NCBI GenBank assembly: GCA_001655205.1
Contig: LPNZ01006811.1
Span: forward strand, 60,316-124,315
Length of the DNA: 64,000 nucleotides
Direction of reading: 5' to 3'
DNA from: Lenisia limosa
Lineage: Eukaryota > Protista > Breviatea
A program made the position numbers and the translations under genes. This document shows, in pieces, positions 63,334 to 64,000 of the stretch. The stretch's first letter is position 1; every line of letters begins with the position of its first letter. The notes beneath the pieces are model-generated. The model saw nothing but the letters and a program-made list of their open reading frames with translations. It ran no database searches and was not told where the DNA came from.

Positions 63334-64000
63334 ATGGGAGATTGGACTTCATCTGGAGGTGGAGGAGGATGGGATGATGTCCCTGCTGGTGGTGGATGGG
63401 ATTCTCCAGCTCCCGCCGCTGGCCCTGCTGGTGGGGGATGGGATTCCCCCGCTCCAGCCGCTGCCCCTGCTGCTTCTTCTTGGGATGCTGCCCCTGCTGC
63501 AGGCTCAGGAGGTTTTTAAGATGAATAATATTCTGATATTTCAGGATTCGGTGCCTCTTCAGGAGGTTTTGACTCTGCTCCTGCCTCCGGTGGTTTTGAT
63601 TCTGTCCCTGCTTCAGGCGGTTTTGATTCTGCTCCCGCTTCATCTGGCTTTGGCGGTGGTGATTCCGGCTTTGGTGGTGGAGACTCTGGATTTGGTGGTG
63701 GAGACTCTGGATTTGGTGGTGGAGACTCTGGATTCGGTGGTGGAGATAACACTCGCCCCGGAGATTGGACTTGCCCTGGATGCCAAGGTATGTTCTTATT
63801 ACGCACCTTTTATTCTGAAGCCAACGTGTTCGCTTCCAAGTCTGCTTGCTTCAAGTGTGGTACTGCTAACCCCAACGGTGGTGGTGGAGGAAGATCCAGC
63901 TCTCGCCCTGGAGACTGGACTTGCCCTGGCTGCCAAGGTATGCTTTAAATGCCTTGTTTGTATCTTGTAACAGATATATTATATATATATATATATATAT
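63334..64000 (+). CDS. 5' part of a Gly-rich (WD/GGF/FGG repeat) protein with at least two RanBP2-type zinc fingers; truncated by the window edge
   Basis: MGDWTSSGGGGGWDDVPAGGGWDSPAPAA..., GGFDSAPAS repeats, (FGGGDSG)x4, then RPGDWTCPGCQ|ANVFASKSACFKCGT and a second RPGDWTCPGCQ. Confidence 0.85.
63670..63747 (+). repeat. Coding 21-bp tandem repeat (about 3.7 copies) encoding FGGGDSG
   Basis: TTTGGTGGTGGAGACTCTGGA at 63670, 63691 and 63712, with a partial fourth copy at 63733. Confidence 0.95.
63981..64000. repeat. (AT)n microsatellite, intronic, runs to the window end
   Basis: ATATATATATATATATATAT. Confidence 0.9.

Noticed and set aside
63670-63747. 21-bp direct repeats as a possible CRISPR-like array
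   Set aside because: There are no spacers, the repeats are in-frame coding, and the context is eukaryotic.
63260-63970. Long alternative-frame and antisense ORFs (MEEDGMM..., PPPNPES repeats)
   Set aside because: They are shadows of the Gly-rich coding repeats; splice sites and the zinc fingers fix the true frame.
1-64000. Alternative genetic code (apparent in-frame stops in conserved genes)
   Set aside because: In the recognisable conserved genes, the stops I traced are removed by canonical short introns, and TAA, TAG and TGA are all used as terminators.

Overview
Eukaryotic genomic window of roughly 40% GC (estimated by eye), gene-dense, with many very short GT-AG introns (often 28-60 nt) and several N-gaps. 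All gene models were hand-spliced, and family assignments rest on motifs and remembered homologue sequences, not database searches. About 23-24 multi-exon genes are present. Recognisable ones: an ADAM/ADAMTS-like membrane metalloprotease, a multi-pass class-3 lipase, a prune/PPX1 exopolyphosphatase, a NATD1-type GNAT, a class I cyclic-nucleotide phosphodiesterase, an aromatic amino acid decarboxylase, a cytochrome b5-domain protein, VTI1, IFT74, a LIM/polyproline/PH protein, an MFS transporter, RPGRIP1L, a probable condensin HEAT subunit (NCAPD3-like), RNF10, PARN, and the 5' part of an FGG-repeat/RanBP2-zinc-finger protein. Several orphan genes are also present. IFT74 and RPGRIP1L imply a ciliated or flagellated organism, most likely a compact-genome protist. 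No rRNA, tRNA, CRISPR array or transposon was found. The main highlights are: (1) a receptor-like protease combining a true ADAM core (M12B + disintegrin + Cys-rich) with four TSP1 repeats, sushi-like and IPT-like modules, a TM helix and a cytoplasmic SH3 domain; (2) near-strict strand alternation into head-to-head gene pairs with short shared promoters, several containing palindromes; (3) PARN divergently paired with a Vasa/GLH-like FGG-repeat gene.
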